From Octopus vulgaris (lineage: Eukaryota), in NCBI GenBank assembly GCA_951406725.2, contig OX597836.1:20894001-20958000 (forward strand): a stretch of DNA of 64,000 bases, in the 5' to 3' direction. The notes below the pieces were generated by a model. That model had not been told where the DNA came from and made no database searches. It saw only the letters and a program-made list of their open reading frames with translations. The position numbers were made by a program, and so were the translations under genes. Shown piece after piece: positions 1 through 14,049 of this stretch. Every line of letters starts with the position of its first letter. The stretch's first letter is position 1.

Positions 1-9
1 TTGTTTCAT

Positions 10-222
10 ACTCTGGCACAAGGCCAGCAATTTCGGGAGAATTGGGTAAGTCGATTACATTGACCTCAGTATTCAACTGGTACTTATTTTATTGACCCCC
101 AAAAGGATGACAGGCAAAGCTGACCTTGGCAGAATTTAAACTCAGAACATGAAAACAGACAAAATACTACAAAGCATTTTGCCTGGCATGCTAACAATTC
201 CGCCAGCTTGCTGCCTTTACCG
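10..222 (-). mobile_element. SINE family B copy (tRNA-derived head, GCCTTTCATCC...GGGGTCGATAAAT..GTACCAG central module)
   Basis: Similar by eye to the copies at 8604-8826 and 15262-15498. Confidence 0.7.
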
Positions 223-794
223 CTAATATAAAGGCCACTGTTCCTCAGAAGTGTTTGATCGCATAATGCCATTACTCACGCAATCTTGACTAACTTGTCC
301 CCCTTCCTCTCATCACCCATGGCATGTCCAACCACCCAAGCCCTGCACTAACTATTACACCCAGTCCTTTTACCCTCGATAACACTGCTTTCTTGCTTCA
401 CCTGGAATTTTCCTCAGCTTGTGTCTTTTCTATCAGGTGTCAATTTGCAATAGTTTCAAACACAACATTTAACAACATCAATCTCACACCTGTCTAAAAG
501 TGCCTGTAAAGGTGATGTGCACCTTCCAGAGTCAGCAAGATAAAAAAAAAAAGCACATAAAAAATAAAACAAACATCACTCAAATTGATTAATGTAATAT
601 TTCAGCCTTGCTGAACCAAATCAATAACATTATATCTATAGGTTATAGTTCAATAGATTAAATTCCAAGTATCAATGATCAAAAGAATTCTGGCTGAAAC
701 AAATGAAGGTGAAGTGGAGATGAGTGGAGAGAGTTTTTTTTTTTTTTTTTTTACAATGACCAAAAAAAGCAATTAGAGAATAGTAGGTACTTAC

Positions 795-929
795 GTTGTC
801 TGCGACACCACCTGGTAAAATGGTTTTAACCACAACACCAGTGCTCTTGCCCCCAAAGATTCCGAACCCCAATCCAGTGCCATCGTTAACCAAATCTATG
901 ACCTCAATTTGAGTCCAATCTGTGTTTAA
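795..929 (-). CDS. MPDZ: Internal coding exon of the same MPDZ/Patj-family gene: N-terminal half of the next PDZ domain
   Basis: Acceptor ttttattgtttcag|TTA at 930/929 and donor AAC|gtaagt at 795/794. The 135 nt (45 codons, phase 0-0) read [45 protein letters not shown], including the GLGF carboxylate-binding loop. In frame with the 59032-59383 exon. Confidence 0.92.
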
Positions 930-1083
930 CTGAAACAATAAAAATTGGAAAATAATTATACATAAGGATGTGAGTAATAGTCTGTGTTCATGTGTATGTA
1001 TACACATACACACCATATACATATATATTTATATATACACACACACATTCTTGTATGAGTCAAGAAACTGTCTGCATTTGTGC

Positions 1084-1140
<57 letters not shown>

Positions 1141-1904
1141 AAAATTTATATAAAGAGAGACAGAGCAGTAAAGGGAAAGAAAGATGCAAAAGACACACAT
1201 ACACACATATATATACATGCATACAACATACATACCATAAGAGAAAGACTGGAAAGAGAAAGAGGGAGAGCTTAGATTCAATCAACTGAATCATGTCAAT
1301 ATTGATGTTTCTGACAAGGAACAAAGCCCCATTACCCCCACCACCATAAAATCCACCAGCGCCACTCCCCACCATTAAGGGATGGCGGGAAAGTGAAAGT
1401 GAGAACGAGTAGGGTGTACGTAAATGAATTGACCTCTGTTTTATATTATATTACGTTACATCGATATTTCTTTTATCAACCTCAGAAAAGTTAAAAGGCA
1501 TAATTGACTTGTTCCAAATGATTTGGAATCAGAAAAATATGACTTGCTAATCTGGATGATGGTAAAAATAGCCTCGACGGCCGCAGAGTTCCGTGTTTAT
1601 TGCTCCCTTACAAACAAAGTAGATTACAGTGAGAAAAGACAGAGAAGGGAAATAGTTGACTGAAAAATGCTGTTATATGAAGGATTGGAGCTATTTTTGC
1701 TTTTGTTTTGTTTTTGAATGCTGGAATGCCAAAAGAAAATTGACCCTTTTAGAAGTGAACTCACACACACACGAAGAAGCAAAACAGAGAGCATGGACCT
1801 GTACCAACCGCAATGATCTTGACTGCTTTCTTCTATACAATGTATATTTATAACAGTGTATATGTGTGTATGTGTATATTACACACACACACACATCTTT
1901 ATCC

Positions 1905-2120
1905 TTCATTTGTTTCAGTTATTGGACTGTGGCCATGTAGGGGCACTACCTTGAAGAAGTTTTAGTTGAAGTCCAGTACTTATTGTTTTTTTAAAACTTA
2001 ATACTTATTCTATTGGTCTCTTTTATTTATCAGACTACTAAGATGCAAGGACGTAAACACACCAACACCAACTGTCAAGCAGTGGCAGGACACACACACA
2101 CACACACATACATACACACA
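1905..2120 (-). mobile_element. SINE family A, diverged 3' half
   Basis: Contains ttgtttcagt..gactgtggccatg and gtaaacacaccaacac motifs shared with intact family A copies. Confidence 0.6.
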
Positions 2121-2534
2121 TATATGGTACGGTATGGTCAGTTATCTTTATGACCACAGTAAGTTCATTTTATCTAGTATTGGTCTTCCATATATTGTAT
2201 ATATATAAAGAGAACAGAATAAACAAAACTTGCAAAGGTAGACTTTTCTTTGCCCAAATGAACATCTGATTGTCTAAATAAGGTATTTTCATTCCACTAA
2301 TTCTCACAAAGTGAAAACAAAACTAAGAACTTTGGCTTACTAAGTAATGTAAACAGAGACACTGCCTTTTGCTGAGGTAATTCTAATAAGAATATGAAAA
2401 TGATATTCACACACAAACGTACAGCCACAAGAGTTCAGTCCCACTGTGTGGCACCTTGAGCAAGTGTCTTATACTATAGCCCAAGACTAACCGATGCTTT
2501 GTAAGTTGATTTGGGAGGAAACTGCAGGGAGCTC

Positions 2535-2575
<41 letters not shown>

Positions 2576-3186
2576 ATGCGTGCATGCGTGTGCTGATATT
2601 TCATTTGTCATTTTAGTGAAACGGTGGTGATGTTTGTATTCCCCGTTGACATTATGAATGGCTGCTCTGTGTTTTCAAAGACATATGCTGTGGATGGGAA
2701 GATCCCTTACTTGTGAAGTAAGTGAGGTTTGGTGGCAGGAAGAGCATCCAGCTGCAAAATCCTATCTCTAAATCAAATCCTGTCCAAGCCATGCAAACAT
2801 GTTAAACACAAAGCCAGCATGGAAGACAGATGTAAAGTGATAATGATCATCATCATCTTCATGTGTGTGTTTGATGATATAAACAGGAAGAACAGATGTC
2901 AGAACATGAAATATAAGCAAAGAGGTGGAATTTTTTTTGCTATTTATATAGGCAAAGCAATGTTGGTAACTCAAAGGATTAGAGTTTCATGCGAAAGAAA
3001 ATATCAAACTCAACATGATTTAAATGTTTGTATGAATGCACTGAAAAAGGGGAAAAAAAACTTTTTCAAATAATGAACTCTTGAAAATATTAGTAAACAA
3101 ACTTGTGTTAATGGAAACTTTAAAGAAATTACTTGGTAGTTTAAAGTATACTTCAGTACATTCACAACACCCCACATACATATAAT

Positions 3187-3217
<31 letters not shown>

Positions 3218-3389
3218 ACACGCATGTGCATTATTTCATACAAGATATATACTGCAATGTATAAAGTGCACAAGTATAGACATGTACATACTTAAATGCA
3301 CTCAAATACAATTTGGTTACTTGCTTATTTTTAAAATTTGGGTTTGGGGATTTCTATTTTTTTAATTTTCTCAAACTGCATGTTTTGCT

Positions 3390-3518
3390 ACATACACATA
3401 CATGCATGCATCTTACACATGCATACATATGCACATATACCATATACAAATATTCATACATAAACACACATACATGTACTTAGACATAAATATATACACA
3501 CACACATACATATATATG

Positions 3519-3550
<32 letters not shown>

Positions 3551-3562
3551 CATACATACACA

Positions 3563-3620
<58 letters not shown>

Positions 3621-3750
3621 TACATACATACACATGTACATACACATTTATACATAAATATATACACATGTACATACACATTTATACATAAATACACACA
3701 CATGCATATGCACATGCATGTATAAACATACACAAACACACACACACCAT
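3390..3750. repeat. Compound (CA)/(TA)/(TACA) microsatellite
   Basis: Direct reading. Confidence 0.9.
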
Positions 3751-4359
3751 ACCACCCATATTGAACAAAGTACAACTTTAAAAATAATAAAAAAACAGCC
3801 TAAAATACCAAATTTGTTTATTATCATTCATGACCATGAAACCAGCAACTAATCATTTTTTCATCTTCATTTATTATGATTGCTACTACAATTACTACTA
3901 CTAATCATTATTGTTGTTGTTTTTGTTATGGCTGTTATTATTATGATTGCTGTTGTTACTACTTTAATCAAAGTGGTTTTCTTTGTATTGATCAAATAAA
4001 TCGGCAATGATAAAATTACTGACTTCAGAATTGATTGTAGAAATTACTGCTCCACACATGTACATCTACATGTTAAACCCCACTGCCGCCACCATTACTG
4101 CTTCCATCTCCTTCTCGTTATCGTCAGCAAGTTCACAAGCAATGTGCCGCCGTGTAATTAGCATACCATTCATAGAAGCAACTAAACTCATTTGCCTGTA
4201 GTTCACTATACATCCTCCTCCAGCACGTAACTTTATTTAGCCCATCTCAATACCAACCTGCTGAAGTCCCATCACTGATACTAAGATGCAAATATTCTAA
4301 ATTTTGAAGTGTTTGTGTTTCAAATTGGAAAATCTCCCATAATTTTATGAAAAGAAGCT

Positions 4360-4860
4360 CTTCAGTAAGAGATCAGTCTCCACCATCTCATTCCATGTCT
4401 TCCTAAGTCTACCTCTAACACAGCTTCCATAAACTTAATGTGCTCAATACTTTTTTATACAAATAACTTCTATTAGCATCACAAGGCTGTACCAGTGTAT
4501 TTTTATCTGTTGCAGAATCCAATTTTTCTTGACCCTCAATTTGTTTGTGCTTTACTGTTCACATTGGCGTTAGGAAGGGCATCCAGCTGTAGAAACATTG
4601 CCAGATAAGACCGGAGCCTGGTGCAGCTTTCTGACTTCCCAGATCCCCGGTCGAACCGTCCAACCCATGCTAGCATGGAGAACGGACGTTAAACGATGAT
4701 GATGATGATGATAGCTTAACAGTTCATAACCAGTAGAATAGGCTCACCTCATTTCTTCCCACCTGTTGCAAACCTTCCATTTTCAAGGCCCACATCTTTC
4801 TGTCATGCTGCACTGCAATTCATACAAGTGAACATCATACAATCTATCCTTTATTTTCAG
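4360..4860 (-). mobile_element. Decayed RTE-clade LINE ORF fragment interrupted by a younger (GAT)n-tailed insertion
   Basis: Minus-strand peptides ..KMWAL..QVGRNE.. and RGRLRKTWNEMV match the RTE C-terminal GRPRKTW motif. Stops and indels are present. Confidence 0.6.
4564..4711 (+). mobile_element. 5'-truncated RTE-type 3' UTR copy with (GAT)n tail
   Basis: GGCGTTAGGAAGGGCATCCAGCTGTAGAAAC...CCAACCCATGCTAGCATGG...GACGTTAAACGATGATGATG. The same tail follows the RTE ORF at 20728-21640. Confidence 0.75.
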
Positions 4861-4889
4861 AAACTTTTTGTTGCTAGCATGGAAAGCAG

Positions 4890-5030
4890 ACTTCTACAGC
4901 TGAATGAACTGGAGCAACGTGAAATAAAGTGTCTTGCTCAAGAACATAACAAACAGCCCGGTCCGGGATTCGAATGCAGACCCTCGTGATCGTAAGCTCA
5001 ACGCTCTAACCACTGAGCCATGCGCTTTCA
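4890..5030 (-). mobile_element. SINE family C, 5' part (tRNA-like head)
   Basis: Close match to 55760-55900. Confidence 0.75.
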
Positions 5031-5132
5031 CACACACACACATATTTATATATAGTCATACATATTATATGTATATTATACCTATATACACATATATATG
5101 TATAATACACCTATATAAACACAGGTATGTAT

Positions 5133-5179
<47 letters not shown>

Positions 5180-5308
5180 GTGTGTGTGTGTGTGTATAAA
5201 CATATATATATATATACACACACACATACATACACGCATGTATGTGTGTGCATGCATTATATAAGTGTGTGTGTGTGTGTGTGTGTGTATACATATATAT
5301 ATATAAAT

Positions 5309-5343
<35 letters not shown>

Positions 5344-5949
5344 ATCAAAGGAGACACAAAGAAAAATATATCAAAATGCTTCAATGATTTTTCTCTGAAA
5401 GTCATCTTATCAATAAGGGAAAACAAATATTACTCAGAAAATATTATCAAATATTGGTCTCAAAAGAATGGTCCGTACAAAAGATCAATAAACATGTAAT
5501 TTATTTATAATATTAATATTGTGAAAGAAGGAAGAAAAATAAAAACAAACGTAAAAGCAAACAGACATATGTAATTGAAAGATTGAACTGAGAAACCAGA
5601 GTTTATAAAGATTGGAATGTTGTACATGTGAAACATGTATATAAATGTAAACAGAAGGACAGAAAGGATTTACTGTGTTAGTGTGTGTATGTGTGTGAGA
5701 GAGAGAGAGAGAGACCTTTGGCTCTGTATTCCTGTTGGAGCAGTAAAGGTAGCATTGTAACATCTGGCTGATTTCTTCTAGGTGAGTGAGACAAGAGAGT
5801 AGAATTGATCCCAGTATAAGGCTAGTGCTTTATTTAAGGAGTCCTGATAGAATGAATGGCAAAATTGACCATATCAGAGTAAAGAGAATTTGAATGACTA
5901 CCACATGGTGAACTATCCAACACTTTAATGGGTCAACCAATGTTTCCAG

Positions 5950-5980
5950 ATGTATATGTGTGTGTGTGTGTATGTATGTG

Positions 5981-6027
<47 letters not shown>

Positions 6028-6183
6028 GTATAAATATATGTGTGTGTATATATGTATATATATGTGTGTGTGTGTATATATGTGTATATATACATATACA
6101 TGTGTGTGTATATATATGTGTATATATATATGTGTGTGTATATATATGTATATATATATGTGTGTGTGTGTGAGTGTATATTT

Positions 6184-6230
<47 letters not shown>

Positions 6231-6251
6231 GTATGTATGTATGTATCTATG

Positions 6252-6284
<33 letters not shown>

Positions 6285-6288
6285 GCAT
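5950..6288. repeat. Compound (TA)/(TG) microsatellite
   Basis: Direct reading. The tract at 5030-5345 is similar. Confidence 0.9.
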
Positions 6289-7530
6289 ATTTGATTGACA
6301 AGAAAGTAATTTCGCCTATTCATTGTGAAAGGAAAGTCTTCGTTTTTTCATACAAAGAATCAACTTTAATGAATTATATATTTCCCATTTTGTTTGACGA
6401 CCTTTTGCCATCTTTTTGGCAACTTCATGATTCTACACTCATAGAGCTTCTGGTCCTTATCAGCCCCAAACTGAAGCAACTGTGATTTCAGGCCATTATC
6501 ATTACTGAATGTTTTTACCATTCAAAGAATTTTGCAAACTTCAAAATAAATGGTAATCTGATGGTGCAAAGACAGGGCTGTATGGTGGATGTGACATCAC
6601 TTCCCAATCAAGCTCCAGTAATTTTTCACGAGTTAGCAAAGATGTGTGGTCTAGGATTGTCATGGTGGAACACGATTCCTTTACGATTTGCCAATTCTAG
6701 TGGTTTTTCTTTGATTACTTCCTCCAGTTTCATTAGTTATTGACAGTAAACATCTGAATTGCTCCTTTGAAGCAGCTCAAAATACACAACATCTTTGTAA
6801 TTCCACCAAATTGACAGCACAGCCGTTTTATCAATGCAATTCAGCTTTTGATGCGGTTTGTGCTGGTTCATTAGGCTTGGACCACAATTGTTTTCGATTG
6901 ATGTTATTGTAGACAAACCATTTTTCATCACCGGTGATGATTCATTTAAAAAAAAAGGTCGATTTCATTCTGCTTGAGATGCATAGTGCAAATATTGATT
7001 TGTTGTGTTAAGTGAATCTCTTTCAATGAGTTCAAGACATTTTAAGTGATTTTCAATTGCTGTGTGTGATACATTTAACCTCTCTGCAATCTCTCGCACG
7101 GTTATATTACAATCAGATTCAATTATCGCTTTGATTCAGTCATCATCAATTTCAGTAGGTCGACCAGAACATTGGTTATCTTGGAGTGAAAAACCACCAG
7201 AACAGAATTTTTAAAACCATTTCTGTGCATTCTGTTAAGCAATCAACACCATAAACTTCACATATCTCTTCGTGAGCCTCAGTAGCTTTCTTGCTTTTAC
7301 AGAAATAAAAAAAGCAAATTATGGCAAAAATGTCCGTTTTTGCACTCCATGTTAAAACTGACATTGAACGAACAGCAGTACATAAAATTACGGGCAATTT
7401 GCTTCTAAAGTAAGCTAAATGTAATACCTATCAAATGTCAAAAGGAAAATATCATAACATTGATAAAAGTCATCCAAAAAAATTCTAACTCTATTTGTGA
7501 AAAATGAAATTATTTTCTTCCCAACCCAAT
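6289..7530 (-). mobile_element. Near full-length degenerate mariner (DD34D) transposon
   Basis: Imperfect TIRs ATTTGATTGACAAGAAAGTAATTTC / ATTGGGTTGGGAAGAAAATAATTTC, total length about 1.24 kb. Minus-strand peptides include ITGDEKWFVYNN, SIWWNYKDVVYFELL, GIVFHHDNPRPH, WEVMSHPPYSPVFAPSDYHLF and IMKLPKRWQKVVKQNGKYIIH*. Stops and frameshifts are present. Confidence 0.92.
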
Positions 7531-8164
7531 GCACACACATACACACACACACACACACGTGTATGTGTCCTTGCCTTGATAGTATGTGATGGCCATGAAT
7601 AAGTGTCACAGTCATGCAAGTGGTATCATTTGTCAGGCCAGTGGGTAATATTTTGCTGGAAACAGGTAGGGTTGGTGACAAGCAAAAGGGAATCCAGTTG
7701 TTGAGAATTTCTACCTATCCATGCAATCATAGAAAAGTGGACAGCGAAAATCTGATGACAGTGGCAATGATGATGATGATGATGATTGCATGTGTGCTAG
7801 CCTTGCGCCAAAATTTGAAATCAATATTATGTCACCAATAAGATTTATGATACATTGACAAAATGATTACAGCAGTGATGTGTAGATGCCTTTTCAGAAT
7901 GCTGCCAGCTGATGGGTTCAGTGACACTGCCTTGACGGCAAATATTGAGCACACTATTAGATTTCATTTTAATAACAGCAAAGTAATATGCAACACCTTA
8001 ACTAAATTATCACATGGACAAAAAGGCTTCACATTTCACCAGTTAGTAGTGATATGCTTTAAAGTCCATTGCAGAGTGCTATCTGTCAATAGTTATGGCT
8101 ATGAAAGAATCCTGATAAAATTAGAATTATTCAGACTATTAATCTTGTTCTTTTGTTCTATTTT

Positions 8165-8377
8165 CTTTTACTTGTTTCAGCCATGGGATTTATGGCCATT
8201 CTGGAGCATCACCTTGACAAAGCTTACTTGATCAAATTGTTCCTGGTACTTGAGTTTTTAAGTCTGGTACTTGTTCTATCAGTCTGTTTGATTTTTTTGT
8301 TTTTTACCAAACTGTTGTGTTATGGAGATCTGAACAAACCAACATCAATTTTTGAATGGTGAAAGGCAAATACAATT

Positions 8378-8415
<38 letters not shown>

Positions 8416-8520
8416 CAAACGCTCGTAAAGTTTCCATCTCTGAATTCTCTCACATTGGTTGGCCCAAAGCTACAGTAGAAGACATGCCCAAAGTGAAATG
8501 CAGTGGGACTAAACATGGAA
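8165..8520 (-). mobile_element. SINE family A, diverged
   Basis: Tail ttttacttgtttcag, internal (CA)n, and gtagaagacatgcccaa..gcagtgggact head motifs. Confidence 0.65.
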
Positions 8521-8603
8521 CTTCATAACCACTTCCCCTATAACATTAGATACGAAACATTTGGAGTTCTCCCCAACCACTACCACCACCAATAGCTATA
8601 TAT

Positions 8604-8826
8604 ATTTCTTTACTGCCCACAAGGGGCTAAACATAGAGGGGACAAACAAGGACAGACAAAGGGATTAAGTCGATTACATCGAACCCAGTGCGTAACTGGT
8701 ACTTAATTTATCGACCCCGAAAGGATGAAAGGCAAAGTCGACCTCGGCGGAATTTGAACCCAGAACACTTAACAGCAGACGAAATATGGCTACGCATTTC
8801 ACCCGGCGTGCTAACGTTTCTGCCAA
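8604..8826 (-). mobile_element. SINE family B, young copy
   Basis: GGTTCAAATTCC B-box-like motif, CpG-rich, with the CTTTGCCTTTCATCCTTTCGGGGTCGATAAATTAAGTACCAG module. Similar copy at 15262-15498. Confidence 0.8.
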
Positions 8827-10673
8827 ACGTTTTCGTCAGTTTCATCTCCAATGGTCAACTGGTGCCTTGAGAGTGAAATTTGTCAAAAAGAAACTGTAAA
8901 AGTACTTTGTGTACATGTGTGTATATTTATACAGACACACACATGTGTTCATATCCATGTTTATGTTTACTTGTGTAAATCAGTCAAACTGTATTCTCTT
9001 TAAGTCAAAATTCATAATTTAGTCGTTCAATAAAATAGGTACCAGGTTGAAATAAATATGAGGAGTAGACATGATCAATTAAAATCCCTTGAAAGCAACA
9101 CCCCAGCATCGCCACTGTCCATTACTGAAACCATGGGAAGAGTAACTTCAGTTAGACATTTAACTGACAATACCATTCCAAGTTCAAATCTCATCAAAGT
9201 TAATTCTGTCTTATCTTTTAATATCAGTGCTAATGTACCTGCTGATACAATAAGCTAATTAGTCTTAATTAATTAAAATTACACCTGCGTTGAGGAGATT
9301 AATTCTGGTAAATAAAGGCAAGGGAGACAATCCCCAGGATTTTCATTGAAATGAATTAAAAACGGGATAATAGACTTGGAGCTAGGTGAAAGGATGAGAA
9401 TCACAGAATGATAGATACCCTGTTGTTATAATGCCTGGATAGCAACACAAAACTTACTACTTACAAAGTTTGTACTTCTTTAACTAAAAATTACTAATTA
9501 CTGTGCAAGAATGTTTCGGTTTACAAAATAAAATCAATAGAGTTCTGTAAAAGACGAACAATTGTTTGCGGTGATGCAATCTTCCCCACCTTCTATAGTG
9601 TCATCCACAAATGTCAGCCGTCCCCTCCTCCTGCATCCCAGTAAGAAAAACCTTCAACAGTCACTCGTGGCAAACGGGTAGATGTGAAATGAAATCTAAA
9701 TTATATTCGTGCGTTAAGGTTAAAGAAAAATAAATAACAATAAATAACTCAAAACAGTATTAGAAAATAACTGCCCCTCCCTCTATATGTGCAATGTGTC
9801 TGATACAATGCAATTTTCAACACTTGTTCTCTCAAGAAGACACTTCCAAAGCGTATGATAATAAGTAGCATTCCCTGCCCCACCCCCACCTGCTGGGTAA
9901 TATATCATTTAGAACATATAATTATCATCGTTAAATCACACCTATTTTCTAATAAAGGCATGGTTTGATGGGTTTATAGTACTGCATGTCACCACTTCTC
10001 TTGTCACTAAGACTCAGCATTTCTGAAATCCAAATTTATCATATCTTCTACTACCATGTCTTACTTTGTCTTCTTCCCAATACAGGCATACTCCCCCCCC
10101 ACACACACACACAAACTACAGAAGTATTGTGTTCCTGAGAATCGTGTGTTAACATGGAGATCCAAACCATGAAATGCGTCTTTTTTTTCTTGAAGTTCAT
10201 GATAAGACACTCCACCTCACATTATATTATGATTTTTCAAGGGTGCAACACTTTCATAAAAGAGAGAATGCTTATAGAGCATTATTTCACAGAGCATTCA
10301 CTGTCTATTTATAGTACAAAATATTGTACTACCAGCATAGTAACTTCTCTTACATATAAGGGGTACTTTTAGAGCTCAGCCACTCTCTTGGCCTCACTGG
10401 TACTCTACTTTCTATACATCCAATAAATATATAACTGTTGTGCTTGACTTATTTCAGCCATGGGACTGTGGCTATGCCTTAGCATGGCCACAGTCCAATG
10501 ATAAGTTTAGTCAAAGAAACTGCTCCTAGTACTTATTGTTAAGCCTGATACTTACTCTACCAGTCTCCTTTACAGAACTGCTAAGTTATGGGGATGTGAA
10601 CAAACCAACACCTGTTGTAAAGCATTGGTCAGAGACAAACATAAAGACACACACGCACGCACGCACGTGCGCG

Positions 10674-10709
<36 letters not shown>

Positions 10710-12657
10710 AACAATGGGCTTCTTTCAGTCTCTGTCTACCAAATTCACTCCCAAGTTAACCTCAGCAGGATTTGAGCACAGAGAGTTGGAAAAAATACCA
10801 TCAGGCTTTCTGTCCAACACTGTAACAACTCTGTCAACTCACCATCCAGCTCAATCAATGATAAGTCAGCTCAGTCAGGTTGATTTAAGGTTAAACAATA
10901 GATAAAAAAAGCGTGTTTCTATACAGCTGCTTCATCTGGTCACTATAACAGTGAAATATGTTTCAAATAAAACATCTAACTGAAGTGTTTAAAATAAGAT
11001 AACATGCATAAAGCCATAAAAATGAACAAATACTAAACACGACAATAAAAAAATGTTATGACTGGATAAAACACTGATCAAATAGCTGTGTCTGTTTGCC
11101 GACTATAGGTAAGCTCAAGCAGAACTGACAAAGGCAACTCGATAAAAAAAATTTTTTTTAATTGAAAGCTACCTTTCCATTAGATCTTCAATGATGGCTT
11201 TGAAAAAATTTTTTTTTTATCTTTTCAAGTTATTTTCACAAGATATGAAGTGATTTGAAATAGCTTCACCAGTTCTGGCTACATCATTAAGGAGTTCGTT
11301 TCACAACCTTGCGCTCAGAGTTTACATGGTTCTATATGACATCATCAGTAACTGTCTTCTGCCATGACCATAAACTGACAAATTCTTTGTGGGTGGAATT
11401 TGGTACACAGAAACTACGTACAAAAAGGTATGATGTGTATGTATATGTGAATGTGTGTGTGTGTGTGTGTGTATGCATGCCTTGGTTTTTCAAATTTTTG
11501 GTGGAGTTGTAAAGGTGGTGTCATCACACACAGCTTGTCTTCAATATTTTTACACCTGGCAGAACCCTTCCTTCTTCAGTTCTGAGAAGAGCCAGTTTCT
11601 TCCGGAGAGACAGACAAAGAGAAAAAGAAGAATCAACTCCAGTCCAGGGCTGGTACTTTATTTATCCTGAAAGGATGAAAGGCAACGATGACCTTGGCAA
11701 CATTTGAACTCAGAGTACAGAGAACAAGAATGAATACCACAACGCAATGTATCCGATGCTCTAACTATTTTGCCAATTCACTAGTATAATTATAAATTGT
11801 GTGTGTGTCAGTGCATGAATACACACAGACATACAAATAAGCACATAAACTTAAAATGATATATTCTCAAGTGTGACATCAGATGGAAACAGTGACAGAT
11901 CCATCTACGCAAGTCAAACCACATGTTTGTTGTACACTGGAAAATTCTGGTTACACTAAAGTGCCTCTGAACAATTTAAGTTACTAAAGTTAGTACTTAT
12001 GTCTGACTGGTTGAACTGACATTGTAAACCATGTACCATATAAGGATCTTAAGTATTTTAGTGTGTGGTTTTGTCTTTCAGTATGTATTTGCCCCGCCAC
12101 CACCACATGACAACTGGTATTGGTTTGTTTACATCCTTGTAACTTAGCAGTTAGACAAAAGACAACCAGTGGAATAAGTACCAGACTTATTGGGGTCAAA
12201 CTGTTCAACTGAACCCTTCAAGGCAGTGCCCCAGAGTAGCCACAGCCCAATGACATAGTCCTAGGTCAGCTTTGATCTCACCAACTTTTAATTAAGAGTT
12301 ATCCAACACTGACTATCTTACCTTTTATTATTATTATCTTTTTTAGATCTGAGTCTATAATGTTGTCCAATGTATTTTATTTTATTCAAGATTATAAGAT
12401 GTGATATGAGAACAATCTGGCTGCTATTTCTAGCAAGTTGAGTGATACCAAAGGCACTCAAACCACTTGTTATATATAAATTAAGAAACACTGATGAATA
12501 TAAATTCTGTGAATAATAATTATAAACTTTAAGCTTATAAGAGTTCACTGTGTATTGGCGACAGAAAACAGTCTAATATTGGGACATATAAACCCTTGAC
12601 TGAAAATAATGGGTGTACATACATACATATATATATATATTCATATATATATATATG

Positions 12658-12700
<43 letters not shown>

Positions 12701-12717
12701 TCTGTGTATTGGTGTCA

Positions 12718-12845
12718 GCTACTGAGAAAAGGAGTTGGGTGTGTGTATGTTAGTTTGCAATGTGACTTAGTATTTTTTCTCCTCACACAAGAACTAAATC
12801 ACATTGCAAATAGCGAATCCGCATTCAACCACAGTTCTTCGTAGC
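12718..12845. repeat. About 128-nt imperfect inverted repeat (hairpin)
   Basis: Perfect core TTTGCAATGTGA / TCACATTGCAAA, extended by GCTAC..GTAGC and GTTG..CAAC pairings. Confidence 0.7.
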
Positions 12846-13454
12846 AGATTTAAGTCCCTCTCCAATTTCACATGACATTCTTGCTAATTTGAATTTCACT
12901 GGCTTAAAAGAGAATTCCAAAGAACTACTTTATTTACAAGCTATGAAATAGATTAATCATGAAAATTGTCGCTTCAATATGGAAGGTTTTCAAGTGCAGA
13001 GAAACAGAAAACACCCTTTGCTTTTTAATATAATACAACGGGTTGCTATGGGAGGAGAGAGGGATGGGTGAATGGATAAAAGTCTCTGGAAAATTCCTTT
13101 TCCTTTATTCCTAGATTGAGGAAATGGGTTAGGGTAGAATAACAAAGTGATCCCTTTTCATTCCACGTGAAGGCAGAGCAAGGTGGGATAAAGTGATCTG
13201 TATCCTAACTGACATTAACCACACTCTCAAGTGACACAGGAAATCAAAGAAATGAAGAAAACAAAAATTCAATAAAACTGAAGACAATTTTGTGCTTTGC
13301 TGTTCACATTAAAAGCCAAAATTGAAATTCTGTGATTCCGCTGCTGCTACTGCTGCTGTTGATTTTATTTTTCAAAGAAAAATCAAAAAGAAATTAGTTC
13401 TATTATTGTTTAAATTTTGCACCTCATCCAACAGTGTGTGTATGTATATATATA

Positions 13455-13512
<58 letters not shown>

Positions 13513-13627
13513 GGTTTGTGTGTATATATATATATATATATCTCAATATATATATCATCATCATCATCATTGTTTAACGTTCGGTTTCCGCGCTAGCACG
13601 GGTTGGATGGTTCGACCGGGGTATATA

Positions 13628-13672
<45 letters not shown>

Positions 13673-14049
13673 TGTCTTCAGAAATGACAGTGAAAGCCAG
13701 ATTGAAATATGGGTGTGTGCATGCTCGAAACATATTTGATGTGATACTCAGAGTAACTACAAAGGGAAGTCTCATCTTCAAATAAATGAATGAACTCCCT
13801 TTTTGAATTTTAACTGAACATTCAAATCACAAATCACAAGACTACAATTTTGATTTGCAGACCAGAAGCCCACTGCGTTCTTCAACAAAACACCTCATTT
13901 CATGTTGCTTCAGTCCACCCAACAGTAAATGGGTTACTCTGCAATGGACTGGTATTCTGTACATGGGGAATGTTGGTCTTCCCACTTGGCCAGTAGGGTG
14001 GCCTCATTCAAAAGCTACAACAATGCAAGAAGGAGCATTGTGACTTGAT

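Noticed and set aside
956-1375. Numerous ORFs rich in YI/CV/HT dipeptides (also about 3400, 5000-6300, 40280, 46200 and 32093-32734)
   Set aside because: Translations of (TA)n/(CA)n/(GA)n microsatellites, which lack stop codons. Not genes.
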